Shown here: positions 30,252-40,546 of the stretch, piece after piece
Layout: every line of letters begins with the position of its first letter
How positions within the stretch are numbered: position 1 is the stretch's first letter
DNA from: Armatimonadota bacterium
GTDB taxonomy: Bacteria; Armatimonadota; UBA10988
Direction of reading: 5' to 3'
Assembly: GCA_016235455.1 (NCBI GenBank)
Contig: JACRKZ010000138.1
Coordinates: forward strand, 1-64,000
DNA length: 64,000 nucleotides
Notes under the pieces: model-generated
What the model saw: the letters and a program-made list of their open reading frames with translations, nothing else
The model's database searches: none
What the model was told of the DNA's origin: nothing
Made by a program: the position numbers and the translations under genes

Positions 30252-32834
30252 GTGAACGTCGAGGCCTTTCTGGAGCACGTTAGCCGCCTTCCTCACTACG
30301 CGGGGCAGGTGGTTGGTAGCCATGAGCAGCCCGCTCGCGAGCCACGGTTCGGCGACGACCTGGCCCTGAGCGACGCCACCCGCGCCACGCTCGCCGCGCT
30401 GGGCGTGGAGCGGCTCTATGCCCATCAGACCCAGGCCATCACCGCGCTGGCCGAGGGTCGCGACGTGTTGCTCTGCACCGGCACCGCCAGTGGCAAGAGC
30501 CTGGCCTATCTGGTGCCCATCATCGAGACGCTGACCCGCGACCCGCAGGCGCGCGCCTTGCTCGTCTTTCCCACCAAGGCGCTGTGCCAGGACCAGCACA
30601 CCCGCTTTAGCGCCGCCGTGGCCGAGGCGGGCCTCAGGTTCGAGACCGGCGTGTTCGACGCCGATACACCCCGCGCCGCACGCCGCCGGCTGCGCGACCG
30701 GGGCCGCGTGCTGTTCACCAACCCCGACATGCTCCACGCCGCCCTGATGCCCTCGCACACGGGCTGGGCACAACTCCTGGGCAACCTGCGGTATGTCGTG
30801 CTCGACGAGCTGCACACCTACTCGGGCCTGTTCGGCTCGGGCGTGGCCAACCTGTGGCGACGCTTCGAACGCGCCGTCCGCCATCACGGCGGCGACCCGC
30901 GCGTGGTCGCCTGCTCGGCCACCATCGGCAACCCCGCCGAGTTGGCCCGGCGCCTGCTGGGCCGCGACCTGCTGCTCATCGACGACGATGCCAGCCCCTG
31001 TGGCCGCCGCGTGTTCGTGCTGTGGAACCCACCGCGCGTGCGCCATACGCCCAACCGCTCGCGGCGCTCAGCCAACTGGGAGGCCACGCAGCTCGCCGCC
31101 GAGCTGATCCGCTGGGGCGTGCCCACGGTCTGCTTCTCCAAGGCCAAGATGACCGCCGAGCTCATCGCCCGCTACATCCGCGAGGAGCTGACCAAGACCG
31201 ATGCCGGCCTGGCCGAACGCGTCGCCGCCTACCGTGGCGGCTACCTGGCCGAGGAGCGTCGCGAGGTCGAGCGCCGACTGTTCTCTGGCGAGCTGATGGG
31301 TGTTAGCACCACACGCGCGCTGGAGTTGGGCATCGATGTCGGCGAGCTGGAAGCCTGCATCATCGTCGGCTACCCGGGCACTCTGGCCAGCTTCTTCCAA
31401 CAGGCCGGCCGCGCCGGGCGCCGGCAGGACGACGCCTTGGTGGTGCTGGTGGGCGTCGACACGCTCATCAACCAGTGGATCCTGCGCCACCCCGACTACC
31501 TCTTCGGCCGGCCGGTGGAGGAGGTCACGCTCGAGCCCGACAATCCGTTCATCGCGCTGGATCACGTGGCCTGCGCGGCGCACGAACTGCCCATCGCCGC
31601 CGACGAGGAGGACCTCTGCGGCCCGTCGACCGCTCTGGCGCTGGACATCCTGGCCGAGAACGGCAAGCTGTCGCGCGGGCCGGCCGGCTGGTTCTACTCG
31701 GGGCTCGAGATCCCCCAGCACGAGGTCTCGCTGCGCGGCTACTGCGACGACAACGTGGTCATCCAGGACGCCGACACCGGCGCCGTGCTGGGCGAGGTGA
31801 ACCGCCTCGACGCACCGCCCATCCTGCACCAGGGCGCCTACTACTTCCATCAGGGTGACTGCTATCTGTCGCTCTCACTCGATTTAGATAAGGAGTACCG
31901 CGCGCTCGTTCGGCGCATCGAGCCCGAGTGCTACACCCAGCCCATGGGTGGCACCGACGTCAAGCACATCGACGCGGTCTGCCTGCGACGCCCGCTGGGG
32001 CGAGGCCATGCCTGCTGGGGCGAGGTGACCTCCAACTTCGTGCTGTTCGCCTATGAGAAGGTGCCGTTCCACGAACTCGACGCCATCTCGGTGCACCCGG
32101 TGGAGGTGCCGGAGTACCTGCTCGACACCGTGTCGTTCTGGCTCGTGCCCGACGACGAGATCATTGCCCAAGCCCGTCAGGCCGGCATCGAAGTGCGCAA
32201 CGGCCTGCGCGGCATCGGCTATGCCACGCGGCTCATGCTGCCGCTGTTCTGCGTCTGCGAGACGCTGGAGCTGTCGCACTCGGTGGGCTGTGTGAACTCG
32301 CCGCCGCAGGCCGTGTTCATCTATGAACGCGTGCCGCTGGGCATGGGCGCCACGCGCCGCGCCTTCGACCGGCTGGAGACGATCATGCCCGCGGTGCTGG
32401 CGCATCTCCACGCCTGCGACTGCGAGGACGGCTGCCCGCTGTGCGTGGGCAAGCCGTTGCGGCAGTACACCACCTGGAACATCGAACGCGGCGAGGCCAG
32501 CGTGCCCAGCAAGTCCGCGGCCATCTGGCTGCTGGAGGCGATGTTGGCCGAGGTGGGCGGTGAGCCGACGCAGAACTGGGTGGCGGAGTTGCCCGACGAG
32601 GCGGAGCAGCGGCTGGCGCGCAACCTGCGCCGCCACCTGGAGCGCCGACGCGAGCCGCGGCGCATCCAGCACGAGCCCACGCCGCGCGCCGAGGTGGCGC
32701 CACCGCCGGTCGAGCCGGCGGCCAAGCTGGACATGCCCGACGCGGCGCGCCGACGCGAGCACCGCGACGAGCTGGCCAAGGAGACGCTGCGCGAGCGCGT
32801 GCGGCGGCGGATGCGCGAGCGCGAGGGGGAGTAG
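30252..32834 (+). CDS. DEAD/DEAH-box helicase with DUF1998 (Hrq1/SftH/MrfA family)
   Basis: TGTASGKSL, PTKAL, TNPDMLH, DELH, SAT, LELGIDVG, QQAGRAGR; C-terminal CDCEDGCPLC. Confidence 0.9.
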   Translation: MNVEAFLEHVSRLPHYAGQVVGSHEQPAREPRFGDDLALSDATRATLAALGVERLYAHQTQAITALAEGRDVLLCTGTASGKSLAYLVPIIETLTRDPQARALLVFPTKALCQDQHTRFSAAVAEAGLRFETGVFDADTPRAARRRLRDRGRVLFTNPDMLHAALMPSHTGWAQLLGNLRYVVLDELHTYSGLFGSGVANLWRRFERAVRHHGGDPRVVACSATIGNPAELARRLLGRDLLLIDDDASPCGRRVFVLWNPPRVRHTPNRSRRSANWEATQLAAELIRWGVPTVCFSKAKMTAELIARYIREELTKTDAGLAERVAAYRGGYLAEERREVERRLFSGELMGVSTTRALELGIDVGELEACIIVGYPGTLASFFQQAGRAGRRQDDALVVLVGVDTLINQWILRHPDYLFGRPVEEVTLEPDNPFIALDHVACAAHELPIAADEEDLCGPSTALALDILAENGKLSRGPAGWFYSGLEIPQHEVSLRGYCDDNVVIQDADTGAVLGEVNRLDAPPILHQGAYYFHQGDCYLSLSLDLDKEYRALVRRIEPECYTQPMGGTDVKHIDAVCLRRPLGRGHACWGEVTSNFVLFAYEKVPFHELDAISVHPVEVPEYLLDTVSFWLVPDDEIIAQARQAGIEVRNGLRGIGYATRLMLPLFCVCETLELSHSVGCVNSPPQAVFIYERVPLGMGATRRAFDRLETIMPAVLAHLHACDCEDGCPLCVGKPLRQYTTWNIERGEASVPSKSAAIWLLEAMLAEVGGEPTQNWVAELPDEAEQRLARNLRRHLERRREPRRIQHEPTPRAEVAPPPVEPAAKLDMPDAARRREHRDELAKETLRERVRRRMREREGE

Positions 32835-33031
32835 CTGGATCGTGGTCAAAGAACACTTCGGCAAAGAAGCGCCGCGTTCGGTGCCGCGCGGGACCGCGGA
32901 GCTCCCAGGGCTCGGCCGACATCCTGCCCGGCCTGTCTCTCCCGCCGCGTCGGACCACGCCAGCCCATTCTAGCCAACAACCCCACCCTCGCGCTATCAT
33001 CAGCACCCGATGCACCCAGGAGGCATCCGAC

Positions 33032-34138
33032 ATGAGCAGTTTCAGCCTGAACCTCCGACCGGCCGACCAGTGCCGCTACGATATCCTCTCGCTCGGCGAG
33101 ATCATGCTGCGGCTCGATCCCGGCGAGGGCCGCATCCATACCACGCGCAGCTTCCAGGTCTGGGAAGGCGGCGGCGAGTACAACGTGGCGCGCGGGCTAC
33201 GGCGCTGCTTCGGGCTGCGCGCGGCGGTGGCCACGGCCTTTGCCGACAACCCCGTGGGTCGGCTGGTCGAGGACTTCATCCTGCAGGGCGGGGTCGACAC
33301 CAGCCTGATCCGCTGGGTCAAGTACGACGGCATCGGCCGTGACGTGCGCAACGGGCTCAACTTCACCGAGCGCGGCTATGGCGTGCGCGGCGCCGTCGGC
33401 TGCTCCGACCGTGGCCACACCGCCGCGTCGCAACTCAAGCCCGGCGACATCGACTGGGAGCATATCTTCGGCGAGCTCGGCGTGCGCTGGATGCACACCG
33501 GCGGCATCTTTGCCGCGCTGTCGGCCACCACGCCCGACGTCGTGGAAGAAGCCATGACCGTGGCCAAGAAGCACGGCACTGCAATCTCCTATGACCTGAA
33601 CTACCGCCCGTCGCTGTGGAAGTCCATCGGCGGACAGGCCAAGGCCCAAGAGGTCAACCAGAAGCTGGCCCGCATGGTCGACGTGATGATCGGCAACGAA
33701 GAGGACTTCACCGCCTGCCTGGGCTTCGAGGTCGAGGGTGTCGACGCCAACCTGACGGCGCTGGAGACCGACAACTTCAAGGCCATGATCAACCGCGCCA
33801 CGGCCGCCTACCCCAACTTCAAGGTCGCCGCGACCACGCTGCGCTCGGTGCGCACCGCCACGCGCAACGACTGGGGCGCCATCTGCTGGGCCGGTGGCGA
33901 GTTCTACCAGGCCATCCATCGGCCCGACCTGGAGATCCTCGACCGCGTCGGCGGCGGCGACAGCTTCGCCTCGGGTCTGGTCTACGGCCTGATGGTCAAG
34001 GGCGACCCGGCCCTGGCCGTCAACTACGGCGCGGCCCACGGCGCGCTGGCCATGACCACCCCCGGCGACACCTCCATGGCCACGCTGGCCGAGGTCGAAA
34101 AGCTCATGGGCGGCGGCGGCGCGCGCGTCGACCGGTAG
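33032..34138 (+). CDS. kdgK: 2-keto-3-deoxygluconate kinase (PfkB family)
   Basis: GEIMLRLDP, GGGEYNVA, YDLNYRPSLW, GNEED, DRVGGGDSF. Confidence 0.85.
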   Translation: MSSFSLNLRPADQCRYDILSLGEIMLRLDPGEGRIHTTRSFQVWEGGGEYNVARGLRRCFGLRAAVATAFADNPVGRLVEDFILQGGVDTSLIRWVKYDGIGRDVRNGLNFTERGYGVRGAVGCSDRGHTAASQLKPGDIDWEHIFGELGVRWMHTGGIFAALSATTPDVVEEAMTVAKKHGTAISYDLNYRPSLWKSIGGQAKAQEVNQKLARMVDVMIGNEEDFTACLGFEVEGVDANLTALETDNFKAMINRATAAYPNFKVAATTLRSVRTATRNDWGAICWAGGEFYQAIHRPDLEILDRVGGGDSFASGLVYGLMVKGDPALAVNYGAAHGALAMTTPGDTSMATLAEVEKLMGGGGARVDR

Positions 34139-34148
34139 GGCGCGGCTA

Positions 34149-34243
34149 CGGTGAGCTGCATCCGCGGATAACGCAGATGGACGCAGATAGGTCTGAGTCA
34201 TCCATCTGCGATCATCTGCGCTATCTGCGGATGCAGCTCACCG
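34149..34243. repeat. 40-bp inverted repeat built from CGCRGAT units (REP-like; probable bidirectional terminator)
   Basis: Arms 34149-34188 and 34204-34243 with 4 mismatches; three CGC(A/G)GAT heptamers per arm. Confidence 0.8.
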
Positions 34244-36853
34244 CGGCTCGATGTTCAGGTTGTCCAGATAGATGACGGCCGGGCCGTTGGCCACCGAGAC
34301 GAAGCCGCACCAGGCGATCTTGCGGAAACCGTCGTCGCAGTGCAGTTTGGCGAAGACCTTCGGCGGCTGGCCGGGCAGAGCGACGGTCAGGGTGTAGGTG
34401 CCGTCGGCCTTGTCGCCCAGCGCGCAGTCGAGCTGGTAGTGGACCCACACGCTGCGCGGTATCTCCAGCAGTTTGGTGCCCTGCACCGTGAGCCAGCCGT
34501 CGGCGCCGAAGGCCAGTGCCGGACCCGTCTTCCAGGGCTGGCCGCCATCGCGCCAGGCGTGCTCGAACGGTGCGCCCGGCTCCAACCGCAGATCGAAGCT
34601 GACCCGCGCCGTGCCGTGGTCATAGCCGGGGTTGTAGAGCAGGTGCGGGTTGTAGAAGTTCGGCTGACCGGCGGCGTCGGTGAACTTCAGGCTCTGCTTG
34701 CCCGACGCCGCGGTCTCGGCGGTGAGGCGCAGGCTGGCCGCCTCGCTATCCTCCAGCGCGGTGCCGAAGCTGGGCTTGGCGCCCGGCTGGCCGTCCTCGA
34801 AGTCGTCGGCCACGGCGGCCGGCGGCGGTGGGATGGCCGGCGCATAGACCGCCGGCCAGGACTTGGTGAAGGTGTGGTTGGTCAGCCGGCCCGCCTTGCT
34901 GTAGTCCCACGGCTTGAAGCCAACCTTCGCTGCTGGTGAGCCCGGCTTGAGGCGATAGTCGCCGTGCTCGGGATCGACGAACATGGGGTCGGCCACCACG
35001 GAGTCGACATCCTGGCCCTTGGCCTGCCAGGCGGCCAGATCCAGATCCCCCCAGCGCGGCGCGTTGCCCCGGCGGTTCCAGTAGAGGTTGGAATCGAGCT
35101 CGCAGTTGGCCCGCGGCCAGGCGTTGTCGACCAGATGGCCGACGTCATAGAGCAGGATGTTGCGGTGCAGCGCCATGGAGAGATGCTGCTCCATCCGCCC
35201 GCAGCGCAGCAGCGGCGCGCCGTCGTCGAGGATGGGGCCGAAGATGTTGTTGCGCGCGGTGTTCTCGCGCCCATAGTTGACGTTGAACGAGTGCGTGGTG
35301 CAGCGGTAGACCAGGTTGTTCTCCACGGTGATGCCGCTGCTGCCCTCGTCGAGGTAGATGCCCACGCCCCACGGCACGCCGACCTGATCATGCACGACGT
35401 TGCCGCTGATGACCGTCCCGGTGGCCACGCCCAGCGTGTAGATGCCCGCCTCGTCGCCCAGCACACGCTGGGGCATGTCGTGGATGTGGTTGTCGGCGAT
35501 GGTATTGGCGCGCGTCGGCGTGTCGCCGTAGCCCCAGGTCCAGCCCGCGGAGATGCCGCTGTAGTAGAAGTCGGCGATCTCGTTGTGCGACAGCTCGCAG
35601 TGGTGCGCAAAGCCCAGCCAGATGCCCACCGCCGGTGGGTGCATCCGCCCGCCATGGGCAATGAGGCAGTCGCGCACCGTGTTGTGACCGGCCACGCCCT
35701 CGTCGTCCGGCGGCGCGCCGGGGCCGATCTTGATGCCGCCGCCGCCCAGGTCGGTCAGTTCGCAACGCTCGACGCGCACGCGCTTGGTGCCGTTGCCCAG
35801 CTCCAGCGCGTAGCCGCCGAGCCTGGTCAGCCGACAGTCCTCGAAGACGCTGTCGCGCAGGCCCTCGGCGGTGACCGCGGCGGCCATGCCGCTCTCGGCC
35901 TGTGGCAGGCTGTGCCCGTCGGGCTCCAGCAGCCAGTTGGCATGGGCGAAGGTCAGGCCGCGGAATTCCAGATGCTCCACCCACCGGCGGCCGGCGATGT
36001 CGCCCTGGAACTGCACCAGCGTGGTCAGTCGCGGTGCGATGACCAGCGCGCGCTCCGGCGCTTCGCCGGGCATCGGCACGTAGGTCAGCGTGGCCGTCGG
36101 TCGGTCCAGGTACCAGTCGCCGGGCTGGCCGAGTTGCTCCTTGACGTTCTCCACCAGGTACCGCGTGCCCGCGCCGAGCCCGGCCATCGACGGATGCCAC
36201 GTCGGCCGCCGGAAGGTGGCGATGCGCGCGGCGTCATCCACCTTGGCCAGCCTCATGCGTGACACCGACCAGGTGTGGAAGCACAGCACCTCGACATCGT
36301 CGAGGTTGGCCTGGTCGGCGCGCAGTGCGCCCTTCTCGAAGCGCAGCCGGTTGGCGCCGCGCTCGGCCACGTCGGGCGTAGGGGCGATGTTGCCCGTCGC
36401 GTAGGCGTAGCCCTGGCGCGGCCAGCGCGGCCGGAAGCGGCGCTCGCCGTTGATGAAGAGCTGGGTGAAGTTGCTGCCGTCCGGCAGCTTGGCCTGCCAA
36501 CGATTGCCAGCCACCCGCCAGTTGGCCACCGGCTGGCCGCCGCTGAGGATTACGTTGGCGCCGGGCGCGCCGCGGTAGACGATCGGCGCGCCGGCACGGC
36601 CGGAGTCCTCGGGCTGGAAGGTCAGCGTCGCCGGCAGGTAGTAGACGCCGCCCGCCAACGTGATCACGGCGCCGTCGGTCAGGCGACCGCCGGCTTTCAG
36701 CTCGCGAATGGCGTCACGCGCACGCTGGACCGTGGCCAGCGGCGCGGCCTTGGTGCCAGCGGCGGCATCGTTGCCGCCCGGCGCGACGAACAACTCCACC
36801 GGCGCGGCGGATATCGCGGCCGAGAGCAGAATGACCCAGAGCAGGTGGCGCAT
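34238..36853 (-). CDS. Secreted right-handed beta-helix (pectin-lyase fold, GH141-like) protein with C-terminal lectin-like domain
   Basis: GGAGG RBS before ATG 36853; FVAPGGNDAAAGTKAAPLAT, PGDWYLD, DLGGGGI, GIYTLG, GIYLDEGSS, DPMFVD..GDYRLKPGSPA. Confidence 0.85.
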   Translation of the reverse strand: MRHLLWVILLSAAISAAPVELFVAPGGNDAAAGTKAAPLATVQRARDAIRELKAGGRLTDGAVITLAGGVYYLPATLTFQPEDSGRAGAPIVYRGAPGANVILSGGQPVANWRVAGNRWQAKLPDGSNFTQLFINGERRFRPRWPRQGYAYATGNIAPTPDVAERGANRLRFEKGALRADQANLDDVEVLCFHTWSVSRMRLAKVDDAARIATFRRPTWHPSMAGLGAGTRYLVENVKEQLGQPGDWYLDRPTATLTYVPMPGEAPERALVIAPRLTTLVQFQGDIAGRRWVEHLEFRGLTFAHANWLLEPDGHSLPQAESGMAAAVTAEGLRDSVFEDCRLTRLGGYALELGNGTKRVRVERCELTDLGGGGIKIGPGAPPDDEGVAGHNTVRDCLIAHGGRMHPPAVGIWLGFAHHCELSHNEIADFYYSGISAGWTWGYGDTPTRANTIADNHIHDMPQRVLGDEAGIYTLGVATGTVISGNVVHDQVGVPWGVGIYLDEGSSGITVENNLVYRCTTHSFNVNYGRENTARNNIFGPILDDGAPLLRCGRMEQHLSMALHRNILLYDVGHLVDNAWPRANCELDSNLYWNRRGNAPRWGDLDLAAWQAKGQDVDSVVADPMFVDPEHGDYRLKPGSPAAKVGFKPWDYSKAGRLTNHTFTKSWPAVYAPAIPPPPAAVADDFEDGQPGAKPSFGTALEDSEAASLRLTAETAASGKQSLKFTDAAGQPNFYNPHLLYNPGYDHGTARVSFDLRLEPGAPFEHAWRDGGQPWKTGPALAFGADGWLTVQGTKLLEIPRSVWVHYQLDCALGDKADGTYTLTVALPGQPPKVFAKLHCDDGFRKIAWCGFVSVANGPAVIYLDNLNIEPR

Positions 36854-36883
36854 GACAGCCCTCCGCTCGGTGATTCGCGCGCT

Positions 36884-36961
36884 GGTGGCACCGGCCTCCT
36901 GGCCGGTGATTGCGCGCGGCTCGCCTCGATGGCCATCACCGGCCACGAGGCCGGTGCCACC
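36884..36961. repeat. REP doublet (REPIN-like) with GTGG tetranucleotide
   Basis: GGTGGCACCGGCCTCCTGGCCGGTGAT (36884-910) is inverted at 36935-961 with 1 mismatch; each arm forms its own hairpin. Confidence 0.8.
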
Positions 36962-36963
36962 CG

Positions 36964-38439
36964 TCAGGCGCGGCGCCAGCTCGTCCCGTCGCGCGTGTCT
37001 TCCAGCACCACACCCAGCTCGGTGAGCTGCAGGCGGATCTGGTCGGCCAGGGCGAAGTTCTTCTCGGCCCGCGCCGTGCGCCGCATGGCGATGAGGAGCT
37101 GCATCAGCCCATCCTCAAGATCGCCACCGGTCTGCGGCAACTGCGCCGGCACCAGACCCAGCACCGTGCCGCCCAAGTCGTTGAAGACCGCGTGGATCTC
37201 GTCGAGCGCCGCGCGCGACAGCCTGGTCCCGCTGTTCAGCAGATCGTTGCTGGCGCGGCACAGGTCGAACAGCACGGCCAGCGCGCCCGGCGCGCCGAAG
37301 TCGTCGTCCATCGCCTCCGCGAACCGGCTCCTGAAGCCCGCCAGGTCGAGGCCGTGGTCGGCGCCGTCGTCGGCCGCGCGCTCCAGCGCGCGTCGCACCA
37401 GGCCGACGGCGGTGTGCAGGCGGCGCAGTCCGTTCTCGGCAGCCTCGAGCCCTTCGGCGGTGAAGTCGAGATCGCTGCGGTAGTGGCTGGAGAGCACATA
37501 GAAGCGCAACACCAGCGGATCGTACTTGCGGCCGAGCATGGGGTGCGTGGGCCAGTCGGGGTTGACGATGTCTTTGATGAGCACGAAGTTGCCCTTCGAC
37601 TTGCCCATCTTCTCGCCATTGACCGTGATCATGTGGTTGTGCAGCCAGTAGCGCACGAACGGCTGCTCATGCGCGCCTTCGCTCTGGGCGATCTCGCACT
37701 CGTGGTGCGGGAACTGGTTCTCCAGGCCGCCGCCGTGGATATCGAAGGTGTTGCCCAGGTACTTGGCCGACATGGCCGAGCACTCCAAGTGCCAGCCCGG
37801 ATAGCCCGCGCCCCAGGGGCTGGGCCATTGCATGATGTGCTCGGGCTCGGCAGCCTTCCATAGCGCGAAGTCACGCGGGTCGCGCTTCTCATCGAGCACT
37901 GCCACGCGCGCGCCGGACTCCACGTCCTCGATCCGGCGGCCGGACAGCTTGCCGTAGCCCTCGAAGCTCTTCACATCGAAGTAGACGCTGCCGTTGACCT
38001 CGTAGGCATGGCCCTTGGCCAGCAGTTCCTGGCACAGCGCGATCTGCTCGGGGATATGGCCCGTGGCGCGCGGCTGAATGTCGGGCCGCAGCAGGCCCAA
38101 CGCGTCCATGTCGTCCAGATAGCTGTTGGTGAACAGCTCGGCGATGGCCATGGGATGCAGGCCGCGGCGCCGCGACTCGGCGATGATCTTGTCCTCGCCG
38201 GCGTCGGCATCGTCGGTCAGGTGGCCCACGTCGGTGATGTTCTGGACGTAGGTGACCTCATAGCCCGTGTAGCGCAGCCAGCGCACGATGACGTCGAAGC
38301 TCAGGTAGCTCTTGGCATGGCCCATATGCGAATGGCCGTAGACCGTCGGGCCACAGACGTACATGCCGACCCGCGGCGGGGCCAACGGCTCGAACGGCTC
38401 CTTGTCCCGGCGCAACGTGTTGTAGACCTGCAAGGCCAT
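36964..38439 (-). CDS. cysS: Cysteine--tRNA ligase
   Basis: [13 protein letters not shown] (HIGH motif), [24 protein letters not shown]. Confidence 0.97.
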   Translation of the reverse strand: MALQVYNTLRRDKEPFEPLAPPRVGMYVCGPTVYGHSHMGHAKSYLSFDVIVRWLRYTGYEVTYVQNITDVGHLTDDADAGEDKIIAESRRRGLHPMAIAELFTNSYLDDMDALGLLRPDIQPRATGHIPEQIALCQELLAKGHAYEVNGSVYFDVKSFEGYGKLSGRRIEDVESGARVAVLDEKRDPRDFALWKAAEPEHIMQWPSPWGAGYPGWHLECSAMSAKYLGNTFDIHGGGLENQFPHHECEIAQSEGAHEQPFVRYWLHNHMITVNGEKMGKSKGNFVLIKDIVNPDWPTHPMLGRKYDPLVLRFYVLSSHYRSDLDFTAEGLEAAENGLRRLHTAVGLVRRALERAADDGADHGLDLAGFRSRFAEAMDDDFGAPGALAVLFDLCRASNDLLNSGTRLSRAALDEIHAVFNDLGGTVLGLVPAQLPQTGGDLEDGLMQLLIAMRRTARAEKNFALADQIRLQLTELGVVLEDTRDGTSWRRA

Positions 38440-38463
38440 GTCGTCTCGCTCCTCTGTCTAGTG

Positions 38464-39690
38464 CTATACGCCCGGCACCTGCTTCGACCGCGCCTTGAGC
38501 GAGTGCGTCACGGGCATCCCGCCGCGCACCAGCTCGCGTTCGAGCAGTTGCACGAACGCCGCCCGGTCGGGCCCGCGCACAATGGCCTGCTCGTGGGCCT
38601 CTTGCAGGGCCACGGGATACCCGTGCCCTTTGGCGATCTGGTCGACGATCACCGCGTGCACCAAAGATACCACCGACTCGTCGTCCGCGGCCCACTCGGG
38701 CATCTCGACGCGGCCGATCTCCCGCGCCGCGCCGTCGCGCGCTGCGTGGAGGTAGAAGAATGCCGCGCGCTGCTTGATGCGCTCATAGCCGCTGTTGCGC
38801 TCGACGAACAGCGGCGAGCGATGGCTCGCGGGCAGGACCGCGCCGAACAGGTCGGAGTCGACGAGCCCCGCCGGCCGGCCGCAGGGCAGGGCCTGGGCCT
38901 CGGCCACGGTCATGGTGTCGCTGCCGGTGACCTGCCTGACGGCGGCCAGATGCGGGCAGAGCTCGCAGTTGACCACCCGCTGGTCGCAGTCGCCCAGCCG
39001 CACGAGGTTGTTCACCTCGTTGGCGCCCGACCGGCTGACGTAGCTGGCCACCGGCACGCCGATCTCACCAAAGCGCGCCAGCAGCCGGCCATACTCCTCC
39101 AGGTGCGCGAGTGTGAAGCCATCGTCCTCGTGCGCCCAGCTCCAGGGGATCAGCTTGCCGTCCAGCAGCGCGACCGCCGGCCGCGCGGTCGTGGCTTCCG
39201 CCAGCGCCAGCAGGGCCCGCAGTTCCTCCACCGTGCGCACCACGGCCACGTGCTCGGCGGTGACCGTCTGGCGTTGGCCCAGCACGCCACGAAAGACATC
39301 GCCCTCGTCGCTGTACAGCCGCGGCTCCGAGTCCAGTTCCGCCGACGACTGCTCGCCATAGGTGAGGCGCACGCGGCCGGTGTTGACCACGAACCAGATG
39401 GCCGCGCCGTGGCGGTCGGGGTAAATCTGGCTGCCGTCGCTGGCCACGACGGTATAGGCGAGCGGCGCTGGCGGCGCGGGGAAGCTGCGGCCCGCCTCGG
39501 GCGTCAAGGCGGCCAGTTGCAGCTTGGTGCCGGCGGTGGCGGTGCGGTCGGCCCACCAGCTGTAGCGTCGCGCATGGTCGGCGTAGGCCGCCACGGTATG
39601 CTCACGCCGCCGCGCGCGGTCGGCCTGCTCGACGAGCTGCTGCTCGGCCAGGTCGGCAATGCGCGCATAGACCTCGTTGAGCTTGAACAT
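38464..39690 (-). CDS. nurA: NurA-domain nuclease
   Basis: ASDGSQIYPDRH, LLDGKLI, SYVSRS, RVEMPEW, GYPVALQEAHEQA. Confidence 0.85.
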   Translation of the reverse strand: MFKLNEVYARIADLAEQQLVEQADRARRREHTVAAYADHARRYSWWADRTATAGTKLQLAALTPEAGRSFPAPPAPLAYTVVASDGSQIYPDRHGAAIWFVVNTGRVRLTYGEQSSAELDSEPRLYSDEGDVFRGVLGQRQTVTAEHVAVVRTVEELRALLALAEATTARPAVALLDGKLIPWSWAHEDDGFTLAHLEEYGRLLARFGEIGVPVASYVSRSGANEVNNLVRLGDCDQRVVNCELCPHLAAVRQVTGSDTMTVAEAQALPCGRPAGLVDSDLFGAVLPASHRSPLFVERNSGYERIKQRAAFFYLHAARDGAAREIGRVEMPEWAADDESVVSLVHAVIVDQIAKGHGYPVALQEAHEQAIVRGPDRAAFVQLLERELVRGGMPVTHSLKARSKQVPGV

Positions 39691-39699
39691 GGCAGCCGA

Positions 39700-40476
39700 T
39701 CAGCGTCCGGCCAGCGTCACGAGCAACTGCTCGCACTCGGCGTAGTCGCGGTCGTGGTCGATGTCGAAGTTGAAGGCCGCGTCGCAGCCGAAGATGGCCG
39801 CCACGGGGAAGCCCATCAGCCGTGCGATGGCCGCCTCCAGCGCGGGCACGTTCATCAGCCGCCAGCCGAACTTCATGGACAGCGCGAAGCGCAGCGCGGT
39901 CAGCGGCCCGATCATGCCGAACAGCCGGGCGAAGTGCTTGCGCGCGCCAAAGACCATCTCGATCCGCTCGCGGTGCTGGGCGATGAGCGTGGGGCTCATG
40001 ACCATCACCGAGGAGGCGGTCAGGTCGCCTTCCTTGAGCGGCACATACTTGTTGGTGGCCTCGGGCAGGCGCGCCTCCACCTCTTCACGGCGGTAGATGG
40101 GCAACACGAAGCCCTTGTCGGCCGGGGTGCGCGCCACCAGATCGTCCAGGCCCTCAGCCGTGAGGAACGGCAGGTCGGAGGAGATGAACACCACCTGCTG
40201 CTGGTCGCCGAGCGCCTCGAGCCCAGCCATGATGTTGGCCGGCCCGCTGCCGCGGTCCTCGACAAACAGATCCTCCGGCCGCAGGTCGAGGCTGTCGCGG
40301 ATCTGGTTGGGGCCGACCACGCAGACGCGGCCGACGCGTGCCGCATTGTGGGCCGCGTCGAGCGCCGTGTCGATCAGCCGGTGCCCGCCAAACTCGAGCA
40401 CGCACTTGAACGGCTGCTCGAATCGGCTGGACAGGGAGTCGGGCATCGGCCCGCCGGCGGTGATCAGGGCGTCCAT
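39700..40476 (-). CDS. MobA-like nucleotidyltransferase domain protein
   Basis: DALITAGG, SSDLPFLT, DIDH. Confidence 0.8.
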   Translation of the reverse strand: MDALITAGGPMPDSLSSRFEQPFKCVLEFGGHRLIDTALDAAHNAARVGRVCVVGPNQIRDSLDLRPEDLFVEDRGSGPANIMAGLEALGDQQQVVFISSDLPFLTAEGLDDLVARTPADKGFVLPIYRREEVEARLPEATNKYVPLKEGDLTASSVMVMSPTLIAQHRERIEMVFGARKHFARLFGMIGPLTALRFALSMKFGWRLMNVPALEAAIARLMGFPVAAIFGCDAAFNFDIDHDRDYAECEQLLVTLAGR

Positions 40477-40546
40477 GGTGTCTCCAGGGCAGATAGTATA
40501 GCCGCTGCGGTTGCGCAGGCATACCAGCGCGCGTTACGCTGGGAGC

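Noticed and set aside
32835-33031. ~200-nt spacer before kdgK as an sRNA or gene remnant
   Set aside because: No convincing structure or motif; most likely just the kdgK promoter region.
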